Positions 1-7,304 of a stretch of DNA of 64,000 bases are shown piece by piece. The notes under the pieces were generated by a model. It worked only from the letters and a program-made list of their open reading frames with translations. It was not told the DNA's origin and did no database searches. The stretch is from the IMG/VR virus record IMGVR_UViG_3300010429_001883, positions 32,001 through 96,000 of that record. One strand, written 5' to 3'. This DNA is from a virus (Duplodnaviria; Caudoviricetes). Made by a program: the position numbers and the translations under genes. How positions within the stretch are numbered: position 1 is the stretch's first letter; each line of letters starts with the position of its first letter.

Positions 1-1
1 A

Positions 2-928
2 AACTCTTTCGGCCCCTGCCGTGAACATGGTGAGGAACTGCCGATCAGTGAAACAGGCACCGCGATGGTCCACGATACCTCCCACGATCAGCAGGCTGAC
101 CGACGGCAGCCAGTCGGTCTTGAAGTTGACCTCGTGGTAAACGATGTCAACACCAGGACCAAGGCGCCAAGAGACACGAGCATTGCCCTTGACAATGCCT
201 CTGCCCTTAAACACAATTCTCACACACTTGAGAATTGTGCCTTCGGGGAGAGGCTGGACTCCCCGAGCGCGCCAATTAGATCCATATAGCAGGCGCATAA
301 TGTACTCGCCTGATACATGAATACACCCGTCATGGGCAGCCTTAAGGCTGGCTTCGAGAACGTCGTCAATTTCGACGCCCTCAGAAGCCGTAACCTCTCG
401 CTGCCCCTCGTCGGTGAGCACCGCGTACCGAAGGCTTTCCGACTGCCAGTCGACAGCCAGAACGCCGCCCAGTAAGGCGCTCATCCGAGCGAAGACGGTG
501 CCCATGATGGCTTTCATGGGCTTGTCTGATGTAGGCATGCCCCACATGGACATGCCCTTGACCACTCCGTCAGCCCAATCGGGGTGGACATAGAACGTCC
601 ACTTGGACTGTCGGATGACGCACCACAGGGTCGTGGGCTTACGGAGCTCACCACGAAGAAGGGTTACCGCCTTCTTTCGCAGCCACGCCTTTCGGGTGCG
701 GACGACAGAAGCATCGACGTCCCAAGACTCAATTCTGAGCTTGGAAGCATCGAGCTTCTTTGATTCGAGGAAGCCCAAGAGGACGGCAAATCGGCCCGTC
801 TCCTGGGATTCCTCACGCTCAACGTTGAGGTACCGGCCTTCCTCAACCGAAACAGTCACTTTCGTTTTAGGAAAGCGGCTGTTGTTGAGGAGTGTCCCCA
901 ACTTTCGCATGGCTTTCAGTACAGCCAT
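2..928 (-). CDS. N-terminal ~309 aa of a putative YonO/QDE-1-like single-subunit two-barrel RNA polymerase (runs off window edge)
   Basis: Translated by hand because it is absent from the ORF track (no stop in window). ATG at 928-926 with RBS AAGGAGGAG; frame open to base 2. Motifs in order: FARMS, HDGCIHVS, R..KGRGIVKG, DIVYHEVNFK, TDRQFL, matching the AR / DG..IS / R..KG / I...K / NRQ order of the RdRP/YonO family. Confidence 0.65.
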   Translation of the reverse strand, partial: MAVLKAMRKLGTLLNNSRFPKTKVTVSVEEGRYLNVEREESQETGRFAVLLGFLESKKLDASKLRIESWDVDASVVRTRKAWLRKKAVTLLRGELRKPTTLWCVIRQSKWTFYVHPDWADGVVKGMSMWGMPTSDKPMKAIMGTVFARMSALLGGVLAVDWQSESLRYAVLTDEGQREVTASEGVEIDDVLEASLKAAHDGCIHVSGEYIMRLLYGSNWRARGVQPLPEGTILKCVRIVFKGRGIVKGNARVSWRLGPGVDIVYHEVNFKTDWLPSVSLLIVGGIVDHRGACFTDRQFLTMFTAGAERV

Positions 929-938
929 GGCTCCTCCT

Positions 939-1280
939 TTATTCCCAAGGAGGGAGATCGGTGGCCGGACATTCGGTGTCCGGCTCTCGCCCTCCAGAAG
1001 GAATCGGCTCTGTGGGGATTAGCCACGACTTGGCCGCAGCCAAGGAGCTAAATCCCCGGAAATTGGCACCCGACAGGTTCTGAGTGAACCCGTAGGCGCC
1101 TTTCTGGCCATACCATCCCTCGATGATAAGGCCTTCCGGGTACAAGAAGACGGACTTGCCGATGTCCGCCTTCGTGTAGCGGGATTTGATCCGCTCTCGG
1201 ATCTCCTCCCGGTTCTTTTCGGAGATCTTAATGGAGAAGAAGCGGAAACGCTCCTTCACCTTATAATAAGGTGCTGCCAT
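939..1280 (-). CDS. Protein with RNase H1 N-terminal hybrid-binding (Cauli_VI/viroplasmin-like) domain
   Basis: GGAGG RBS. C-terminal half GLIIEGW..AYGFTQNLSGANFRGFSSLAAAKSWL resembles the GIY..W......GYSGA.YK.F.....A..FL pattern. Confidence 0.55.
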   Translation of the reverse strand: MAAPYYKVKERFRFFSIKISEKNREEIRERIKSRYTKADIGKSVFLYPEGLIIEGWYGQKGAYGFTQNLSGANFRGFSSLAAAKSWLIPTEPIPSGGREPDTECPATDLPPWE

Positions 1281-1289
1281 CTTGGCCTC

Positions 1290-1382
1290 CTAGTGCTTGC
1301 GGAGATAGCGAGCGGTGGCCTCGCAGATCTCCACAAGAACCCAAAAAATGAGGATAGCGAACACTGGCCAAAAGTAGGCCAT
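1290..1382 (-). CDS. Small single-TM protein (30 aa)
   Basis: MAYFWPVFAILIFWVLVEICEATARYLRKH; TAATG coupling to upstream gene and GAGGAG RBS. Confidence 0.55.
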   Translation of the reverse strand: MAYFWPVFAILIFWVLVEICEATARYLRKH

Positions 1383-1528
1383 TAGCTGTTCTCCTCGATG
1401 TGCTCGAGGACAGTCATCGCAACGGTGACTGCCCCGAACAAGATGACCACCGCGCCCACTGCGTATGCAATGAGCAACGGTGGGTACAAAATACAAGATT
1501 GGAGCAGCTGCTCCAATCCCAACGCCAT
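1382..1528 (-). CDS. Small membrane protein (48 aa)
   Basis: Hand-translated MALGLEQLLQSCILYPPLLIAYAVGAVVILFGAVTVAMTVLEHIEENS; TAATG coupling and CAGGAGG RBS. Confidence 0.55.
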   Translation of the reverse strand: MALGLEQLLQSCILYPPLLIAYAVGAVVILFGAVTVAMTVLEHIEENS

Positions 1529-2418
1529 TACGCCACCTCCTGGAGGAGGACGCCCAGCCGGGCGAGCTGGACGTCCACCACCGCCTGAGCCCTTGCGAGG
1601 CTCAGGTCGGTGGCCTCCATACGGGCCTTCTGGGCCCGGAGTTGGGCGGCGCCGGAGTGGATCGCCGCCAGGATCGCCGCGTTGTCCTTCAACGCGGCGA
1701 TAAACTCCGGATGCCTTGCTGTGGCATCCAGAGCGGCGACGACGTCCGCCGCGGCGAGGCGGCGGGAGGCTTCAAGCCCCCGGAGCCGAAGCTCCAGGGA
1801 CTTGATCCGCCGGGCAGTTTCCCGGCGGCGGACAGCAAGCCCTGCCCATTCCTGGGCGAGGGCCACCTGGCGGAGGCGCATCCGCCAGATGTTGAGGGCC
1901 TTCTCGGCCTTGGCCGCGTCGGGCCGCGTCCAGGCCGAGCCGCTCCCCCACTGCTTGGGGGAGCGGGTCTTGGTCTCCACCGGCTTGCGCCAGCGAAGAA
2001 GCCGGGCCTTGCGGGCCGCAGCCCGCTTGGCCCGACGTTCCTCCAGCCGCGGGTGCTGGAGTGCCTGCTCCAGCGCCGCAGCCTCTTCGCGCCGTTGGCG
2101 GCGGCGCGAAGCTTTGGAGGAATGGCCCTCCAAGCGGGTCAGCACCCGCTTGGAGGGGTTGGCCGAACACATTCGGGCCTGCGCCTCAGAAGCGAGGCGG
2201 GCAGCCCGAAGCTGCTTGGACGCGACAGCCCGGCGGAGCCGAGCTGTCCGGATAGCCTGGGCGCAGGGGCCGGCGCCCACGGTGGCGCCCCGGAAGGCGC
2301 CCAGGATGGTCCGCCCCTTGGGCGGGCGAACCATCCCCTCCTGGGCCAGCAGGGCCAGCCCGATCAGGGCCAGCGCCTGAAGGCCCATGAGGACGGTCAG
2401 GACGAGGATGATGCTCAT
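1528..2418 (-). CDS. Membrane-anchored Ala/Arg-rich coiled-coil protein
   Basis: AAGGAGG RBS, N-terminal hydrophobic helix, coupled to the next gene. Confidence 0.65.
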   Translation of the reverse strand: MSIILVLTVLMGLQALALIGLALLAQEGMVRPPKGRTILGAFRGATVGAGPCAQAIRTARLRRAVASKQLRAARLASEAQARMCSANPSKRVLTRLEGHSSKASRRRQRREEAAALEQALQHPRLEERRAKRAAARKARLLRWRKPVETKTRSPKQWGSGSAWTRPDAAKAEKALNIWRMRLRQVALAQEWAGLAVRRRETARRIKSLELRLRGLEASRRLAAADVVAALDATARHPEFIAALKDNAAILAAIHSGAAQLRAQKARMEATDLSLARAQAVVDVQLARLGVLLQEVA

Positions 2419-2420
2419 TA

Positions 2421-2482
2421 GAGCACCTCCTTGTTGTTGCGTTTAAGCTAGCTGTATGTCGCTAGCGGGCACGTCGTAGCCC
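2421..2482 (-). promoter_or_regulatory. Structured 5' leader, copy 1 (two hairpins + TTAAACGCAA + RBS)
   Basis: Near-identical to 3359-3415; stem 2 is GCTAGC/GCTAGC. Confidence 0.7.
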
Positions 2483-2596
2483 ATATGTCAACCCATGGGT
2501 GTAAGCGTCAATACCGCCGCTACCATGGGGTACTACTACAGATAGCCCTGTAGCACAGCCGCTCCTCTTTTACGTCTTTGGAGTCGCGCTCGGACT

Positions 2597-2652
2597 GGGG
2601 CATGACACTCCATGCCCCTGTAAAAGATCATACTCCCATGAGTGTATGGGAG
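2597..2652 (-). ncRNA. Two hairpins with mutually complementary 6-nt loops (kissing-loop candidate)
   Basis: + strand GGGGCATG-ACACTC-CATGCCCC and CTCCCAT-GAGTGT-ATGGGAG. Confidence 0.6.
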
Positions 2653-2667
2653 GGAACGTTACTTTGA

Positions 2668-2835
2668 CTACTTGGTGGTCATGGTCTCGGCGGCCGCCAC
2701 CAACACCACCCGGTCGGCGGCCGACATGGCCGCCAGGTAGCGGCGCATGAACGCCACAGCCTGGGCCGTGGCGCTCACCTTCTGCTCCACCGTTGTCAAG
2801 GCCGCAGCCTTGACATTCGTCTTCTTCTCGGTCAT
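2668..2835 (-). CDS. Hypothetical protein (55 aa)
   Basis: ATG at 2835 with TGGAGG RBS (MTEKKTNVKAAAL...). Confidence 0.6.
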   Translation of the reverse strand: MTEKKTNVKAAALTTVEQKVSATAQAVAFMRRYLAAMSAADRVVLVAAAETMTTK

Positions 2836-2991
2836 GGTATCTATCCTCCACTGGGCGGGGCGTGCCGTTGCAGAGAGCCCCTTTAACCCATACTTAACCC
2901 CATAATCCATATTATGAGGTTGAGTATGAGTGCCCGATATTTATTATCGCCTCGGAGCAGGGCGATATCTTACATCCCCTTAGATCGGGGC

Positions 2992-3357
2992 TTAGTTGGT
3001 CTGGGTAGCCACCTCAATGTGGGTGAACTCTCGGCGGGGGGCATACACCGCCTGAAGGGAGAACAGCATGTCGATTGCCTCTTCCCGGTAAGAGGCTCGG
3101 GTTGACTTGAAGAGGTGGTTGTCGATCATAAGATTAACAACCCAATACCCGGAGTTCAGTTCTCTGATGTAGCCGGAACAGAGCCCGTTCCGGCCATCAT
3201 ATTTAAAGCTGCGGGTGGTGGTGGTCATGTCCTTGACCACACGTGGGGTGGCGGGGACGGCCTTGGCGTTGGCCTTGGCCTTGGCGTCGAGGGCGGCGGC
3301 GATCACGATGATGCCGATGATCACGACGATTCCGATCACGATGGCGATGATGCTCAT
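2992..3357 (-). CDS. Membrane-anchored hypothetical protein
   Basis: GAGGAGG RBS; N-terminal Ile/Val-rich TM helix; starts MSII like 1528-2418. Confidence 0.7.
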   Translation of the reverse strand: MSIIAIVIGIVVIIGIIVIAAALDAKAKANAKAVPATPRVVKDMTTTTRSFKYDGRNGLCSGYIRELNSGYWVVNLMIDNHLFKSTRASYREEAIDMLFSLQAVYAPRREFTHIEVATQTN

Positions 3358-3358
3358 A

Positions 3359-3415
3359 GAGCACCTCCTCTTTTTGCGTTTAAGCTACCTTAAGGTAGCG
3401 GGCACGTCGTAGCCC
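3359..3415 (-). promoter_or_regulatory. Structured 5' leader, copy 2
   Basis: Repeat of 2421-2482; stem 2 is GCTACC/GGTAGC (compensatory change). Confidence 0.7.
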
Positions 3416-4030
3416 TTTAAACCACATTAAAGCACATTAACATTACTGCTAATGTACTTTAAAATGGGGAGGGGACTACCTACCCATAGCCCATGGTATG
3501 TACCTTGTGGTACTCATGGAGCTAGGACTATGGCATAGGCAGTCCCCTCTAGTGGAGGGAGATACCAACCCACTAGCTGTCACCTAGTGAGTTGATATGG
3601 ATTTATGCTACTACTTGCACCGTAGCATCTGGTGCGTGTCAGTAGCCAGGGACTACACACTAGTGACCACTATTTGTGGTATAGTGCGCTGTTGGGCAAC
3701 TCGGGTATAAGGCAATATGCCTACCCTTGGCCCATCCTGGGTAACCAACACATGTATTGTCGTACTAGCACACTGGTATGCTAGAGTACCTGGTATTCTC
3801 CTTCAAAGGAGATAACAGAATAGGTACTTTACGGTATGTCCACCATCTTATGGACATAGCCCTACTGTTTGATGTAGGACATCATCTGTGTGGGAATAAG
3901 CCACACTCTTCTCTCGCTTTTCTAGATAAAGCAAGGCAAACTGTTGATGGGGTGATTGCCAATGGAGATGGCCCATCAACCGACGGGGTGGCATTGAAAC
4001 GAATTGCTTCGTCACAACACCACTACTAGG
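3416..4030 (-). ncRNA. Putative ~600-nt highly structured non-coding RNA or leader
   Basis: More than ten inverted repeats back to back; stem mismatches become G-U pairs on the minus strand; no credible ORF. Confidence 0.6.
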
Positions 4031-4213
4031 TAACCTCTAAAAAATATAAGTCCTTTTTTCCCTATATAAGGCTTTTTCCTTTTTTTCTAATTTCCTTTTT
4101 TCCTTTTAACCTTACACCTTCCTTAAAATAATTTTAAGTATTGTGATTTTTCTTGTTTATTTCTAGGTAAAGTTAGTGTATAATAGAGATAAGTCTAAAG
4201 AAGGAGAAAGCAG

Positions 4214-4429
4214 ATGTTTAATGATAGGTTTAAATGGTTAGTGATTGAGGAGGACGGGTGGGGTGACAGAACAAGTGGGGCTTGTTTCAAGAATAAGAGG
4301 GATGCAATTAAGAGGCTAAAGGAAATTAATTTAATGAATGGGTACACAGGGAAGTGTGCGGGTGCTCAATTATACAAGTTAGAACTGGTTGATACGAGTG
4401 ATGTTAATTGCATTTTGGAGGACAACTAA
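4214..4429 (+). CDS. Hypothetical protein
   Basis: AAGGAG RBS; TATAAT at 4179-4184 upstream. Confidence 0.65.
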   Translation: MFNDRFKWLVIEEDGWGDRTSGACFKNKRDAIKRLKEINLMNGYTGKCAGAQLYKLELVDTSDVNCILEDN

Positions 4430-4430
4430 G

Positions 4431-4676
4431 GTGTTCAAGTTACCGGGCAGGGTCAATGAAATAGCCAAAGTCTATTTAATTAAGAAGGGCGATGAAACTC
4501 CTAGGATTATTCAAGCGAAGCAGGCGATAGACGACATGCAATATTTATTATGTGTTTTAGCTGTAGTGAGTAATGCTTATGAGAATTTAATGGAGGGTGC
4601 AGACGATGAAGCTGTAGACTTATCTATGGATGTGGATAAATTAATAAGTAGTGGAACTGACATTTTATATAGGTGA
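4431..4676 (+). CDS. Hypothetical protein
   Basis: GTG start after GGAGG; in frame with ORF 4389-4676. Confidence 0.55.
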   Translation: MFKLPGRVNEIAKVYLIKKGDETPRIIQAKQAIDDMQYLLCVLAVVSNAYENLMEGADDEAVDLSMDVDKLISSGTDILYR

Positions 4677-4688
4677 GGTATTTAAACC

Positions 4689-4970
4689 GTGGCAATAGAA
4701 TTAAGAGAGAGTTTAGTACTGGTAGTAGATGGGGCGGAGCTTGAGGTAACTAGGGAGGAAGCGGAGGAGATATATGAGGTATTGAAGAGGTACTTAAACA
4801 AGGGTGAGGAGATCAAGTGGGTACCGTGGTATCCCACACCATATTTTTATGAAACCACTTATCCACCGGAAGGGGGGAAGTGGGAGGTTACTATTACTAC
4901 GAATGCGGAGGATGGCAACGAAGGGCCTTGTTATATATCTGACATGAACCAACCTAACAGGGTATGGTAA
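4689..4970 (+). CDS. Hypothetical protein
   Basis: GAGGT RBS, GTG start, tandem operon packing. Confidence 0.6.
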   Translation: MAIELRESLVLVVDGAELEVTREEAEEIYEVLKRYLNKGEEIKWVPWYPTPYFYETTYPPEGGKWEVTITTNAEDGNEGPCYISDMNQPNRVW

Positions 4971-4973
4971 GGT

Positions 4974-5162
4974 ATGGGACAATCAATAAACAAGGATGAA
5001 GTAATGGTAGGTGAGGTACTAGTGGATGTAAAGGACAATTTACTTCACGAGAGGTATTTTGATAATCCTTGGCTAGCTGAGAAGACGATATATGAATTAG
5101 TAGGGATAGTGGAGCAACTACTTGTTTACATAGAGGTATTATCGAATGAAGGTGGGCGGTGA
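4974..5162 (+). CDS. Hypothetical protein
   Basis: Tight operon packing. Confidence 0.5.
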   Translation: MGQSINKDEVMVGEVLVDVKDNLLHERYFDNPWLAEKTIYELVGIVEQLLVYIEVLSNEGGR

Positions 5163-5237
5163 GTATAATATACAGAAGTGTAAATTTTAGTTATACTATA
5201 TAACTTGGGAATTTCCCTGTAAGGGAGGTAGTTAAGT

Positions 5238-5444
5238 ATGAAATTTGGATTTAAAAGAAACACCAAGTTTATGGAGAAGATAGCTGACAGGTTAGAGAAT
5301 GGTTATTATGATGTAGACAGTTACCTAGACATATTGGAGAAGTGCTGTGATGAGTTTGAGGTGGGGGCGGAGGAGCTATACGAGGAACTCCGCAAAGAGA
5401 AGTATTTAAGGGATTTAGCTATAAAGAAGAATTTTTCTGACTAA
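5238..5444 (+). CDS. Hypothetical protein
   Basis: AGGGAGG RBS; TATACTAT motif upstream. Confidence 0.6.
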   Translation: MKFGFKRNTKFMEKIADRLENGYYDVDSYLDILEKCCDEFEVGAEELYEELRKEKYLRDLAIKKNFSD

Positions 5445-5557
5445 CAATTAAAAAGGGAATTAAAAAGCATATATTCTAGGTATAAGTGTGTACCTAAAAT
5501 ATAGTGATATAAGGAATTAGAGATTTTAAAAACGCCGCGGCGGCTTCAGGAGTATAG

Positions 5558-5959
5558 ATGGCCAATTACATATTGATTGAAATACCTGAGACAGATGAGA
5601 ATGGGGATGACATAGATCTTTATCAATTGGATAAGATAGTCTTCATGATAAAGACTAGTTTAGATCCAGTAAGTGTACGGAACGTATTAAGTGTAGCGTA
5701 CAGGAAGATAAATGATTCAGTTCAAGGCGAGTTATGGTATAATGAATGGTTAGGTTCTCACAGTGATTGTAGTAAGGTAATTGAGGCCATGGGGTACTTA
5801 GGTGAATCTGTAGGTAAGAAGTTAGTGGATACTTATAAAGCAATGAATGAAAGTCAGTTAGTTAATTTAGAAGAGTTTTTAGAGGAGTACAAGAACAGTC
5901 CTGATTTAACGGACATAGTGATGAAGAAGGATGACAAGAGGGAAGAGGATGGTTACTAA
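5558..5959 (+). CDS. Hypothetical acidic protein
   Basis: CAGGAG RBS. Confidence 0.65.
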   Translation: MANYILIEIPETDENGDDIDLYQLDKIVFMIKTSLDPVSVRNVLSVAYRKINDSVQGELWYNEWLGSHSDCSKVIEAMGYLGESVGKKLVDTYKAMNESQLVNLEEFLEEYKNSPDLTDIVMKKDDKREEDGY

Positions 5960-6581
5960 GCCATTTACTATAAGTTTTGACATTGATGGTGTCTGGTGTG
6001 ATTTTGTTTTTGGGTTTACCAAGATAGCTCAAGAACTGGGTATGATAACCCACGTTAACAAAGTTCAAGAACAAAAATACTGGTCATTTAAAGATTCTCA
6101 TGGTTTAACTGATAAGGAACATGAGAGGTTAGTTGAGAGGTTAGAGGAATTAGGGGACAGGTTTTGGGTTAGCATCCCGCCGGTTAATGGGATTACTCCT
6201 TGGGAAACGTATAAGAGCTTGAATAGGAGATCGGATACTAGAATAGTCTTTATTACTTCCAGGCGGTTTTGTACCCTTGGTGGGATTCAAGAGTGGTTCA
6301 AGCAATACGGGCAGATAGACATAAAGAAAGAACAGATTTATATGGTTACTAATAATGACAAAAGGTCGGCGGCCATGCAGGCAGAAGTAGATATACATAT
6401 CGACGATAGCCCCGAGGCGCTGGAACTGTTACTCGATAAACCCTACCCTAAACAAGTAGTCGGGATAAAGTATAAGTATAACGAACATCTGTGGGCAGAT
6501 AAACGTATTATGTGGGTTGATTCTTTAATTGATTATTTATTGCTTTGCCAACAAACCTTACGAAAAGAATATGCGTATTAG
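5949..6581 (+). CDS. HAD-superfamily 5'(3')-deoxyribonucleotidase-like protein
   Basis: Motif I FDIDGV, motif II FITSR, motif IV IHIDDSP. Confidence 0.8.
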   Translation: MVTKPFTISFDIDGVWCDFVFGFTKIAQELGMITHVNKVQEQKYWSFKDSHGLTDKEHERLVERLEELGDRFWVSIPPVNGITPWETYKSLNRRSDTRIVFITSRRFCTLGGIQEWFKQYGQIDIKKEQIYMVTNNDKRSAAMQAEVDIHIDDSPEALELLLDKPYPKQVVGIKYKYNEHLWADKRIMWVDSLIDYLLLCQQTLRKEYAY

Positions 6582-6589
6582 GAGAGAAC

Positions 6590-7111
6590 ATGACTAAAAT
6601 TAATGAAAACCCTCCAACTATTTATCTGTCTGGTGCTATTGAAAACTTGAAGAATTTTGGTTCTGATTGGAGATTGGAAGCTGAAAAAAAGTTGAGATCT
6701 TTAGGATTTGAGACTGTAAACCCCGTTGACCTGGTTGATGACTTTTCTCGTATCACTGGGTTTGAAAGAAAGGATATTCCAACTTTAAAGAAAAAGAACC
6801 CAGCCAAGTTGGCTCAAGGGTTTAAAGAAATAATTAAACGAGATTTAGAGGCAGTTTCTTATAGTGATTATATACTAGTGTACTGGGATAAAGCCGCAGC
6901 TGAAGGGGCTGGTACCCACGGCGAAGCAACCTATGCATTTTCTCTTGGAATACCAGTTTACTTGGTTGCTAAAATTAAACCTGAACATGTCCCCGTATGG
7001 TTGCTTGGCTGCTGTGAAGGTGTTTTTGAAAGTTTGGTAGATGCGCTAAGCTTCTTTAGAGAAATTGCGCAACAAAGAGGATTAAGATTAAGGATACCCG
7101 ATGTAGATTAA
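6590..7111 (+). CDS. Nucleoside 2-deoxyribosyltransferase / nucleotide N-hydrolase-like protein
   Basis: IYLSGAI, RDLEAV..SD, GTHGEATYA..GIPV motifs. Confidence 0.75.
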   Translation: MTKINENPPTIYLSGAIENLKNFGSDWRLEAEKKLRSLGFETVNPVDLVDDFSRITGFERKDIPTLKKKNPAKLAQGFKEIIKRDLEAVSYSDYILVYWDKAAAEGAGTHGEATYAFSLGIPVYLVAKIKPEHVPVWLLGCCEGVFESLVDALSFFREIAQQRGLRLRIPDVD

Positions 7112-7130
7112 TTAGCGGAGGTAACTAGTT

Positions 7131-7304
7131 ATGACCGAACTTAAAAATATGAAAAAAGATGATTTAAAGAAACTTATCGGCAAACTGGAATACCTCCGTC
7201 GAGTGGCTACTAAGCAAGGTAAAAAAGAAAAAGAAGATGACTATACCCGCTATCTTATCTACTTGAGGAAATTATATCGTATGAAGATGAAGGAAGAACT
7301 TTAA
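7131..7304 (+). CDS. Small basic hypothetical protein (57 aa)
   Basis: GGAGG RBS, hand-translated MTELKNMKKDDL..., TAATG coupling to the next gene. Confidence 0.55.
   Translation: MTELKNMKKDDLKKLIGKLEYLRRVATKQGKKEKEDDYTRYLIYLRKLYRMKMKEEL

Noticed and set aside
2421-2482. Guanidine-II riboswitch or pistol/twister ribozyme
   Set aside because: Only one loop contains ACGA, the second loop is variable, and ribozyme core residues and pseudoknots are missing.
65-3412. Long + strand ORFs (e.g. 603-1022, 1480-2421, 1610-2380, 3115-3393)
   Set aside because: Shadow frames of GC-rich minus-strand genes; the RBSs and translational coupling are all on the minus strand.
3778-4029. 83-aa + strand ORF
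   Set aside because: No RBS or recognisable motif; it lies inside the hairpin array whose G-U pattern favours a minus-strand RNA.
3416-4030. Group I/II intron, tmRNA or RNase P identity for the structured region
   Set aside because: I could not find their conserved core sequences by eye and no gene is interrupted; left unassigned pending an Rfam scan.
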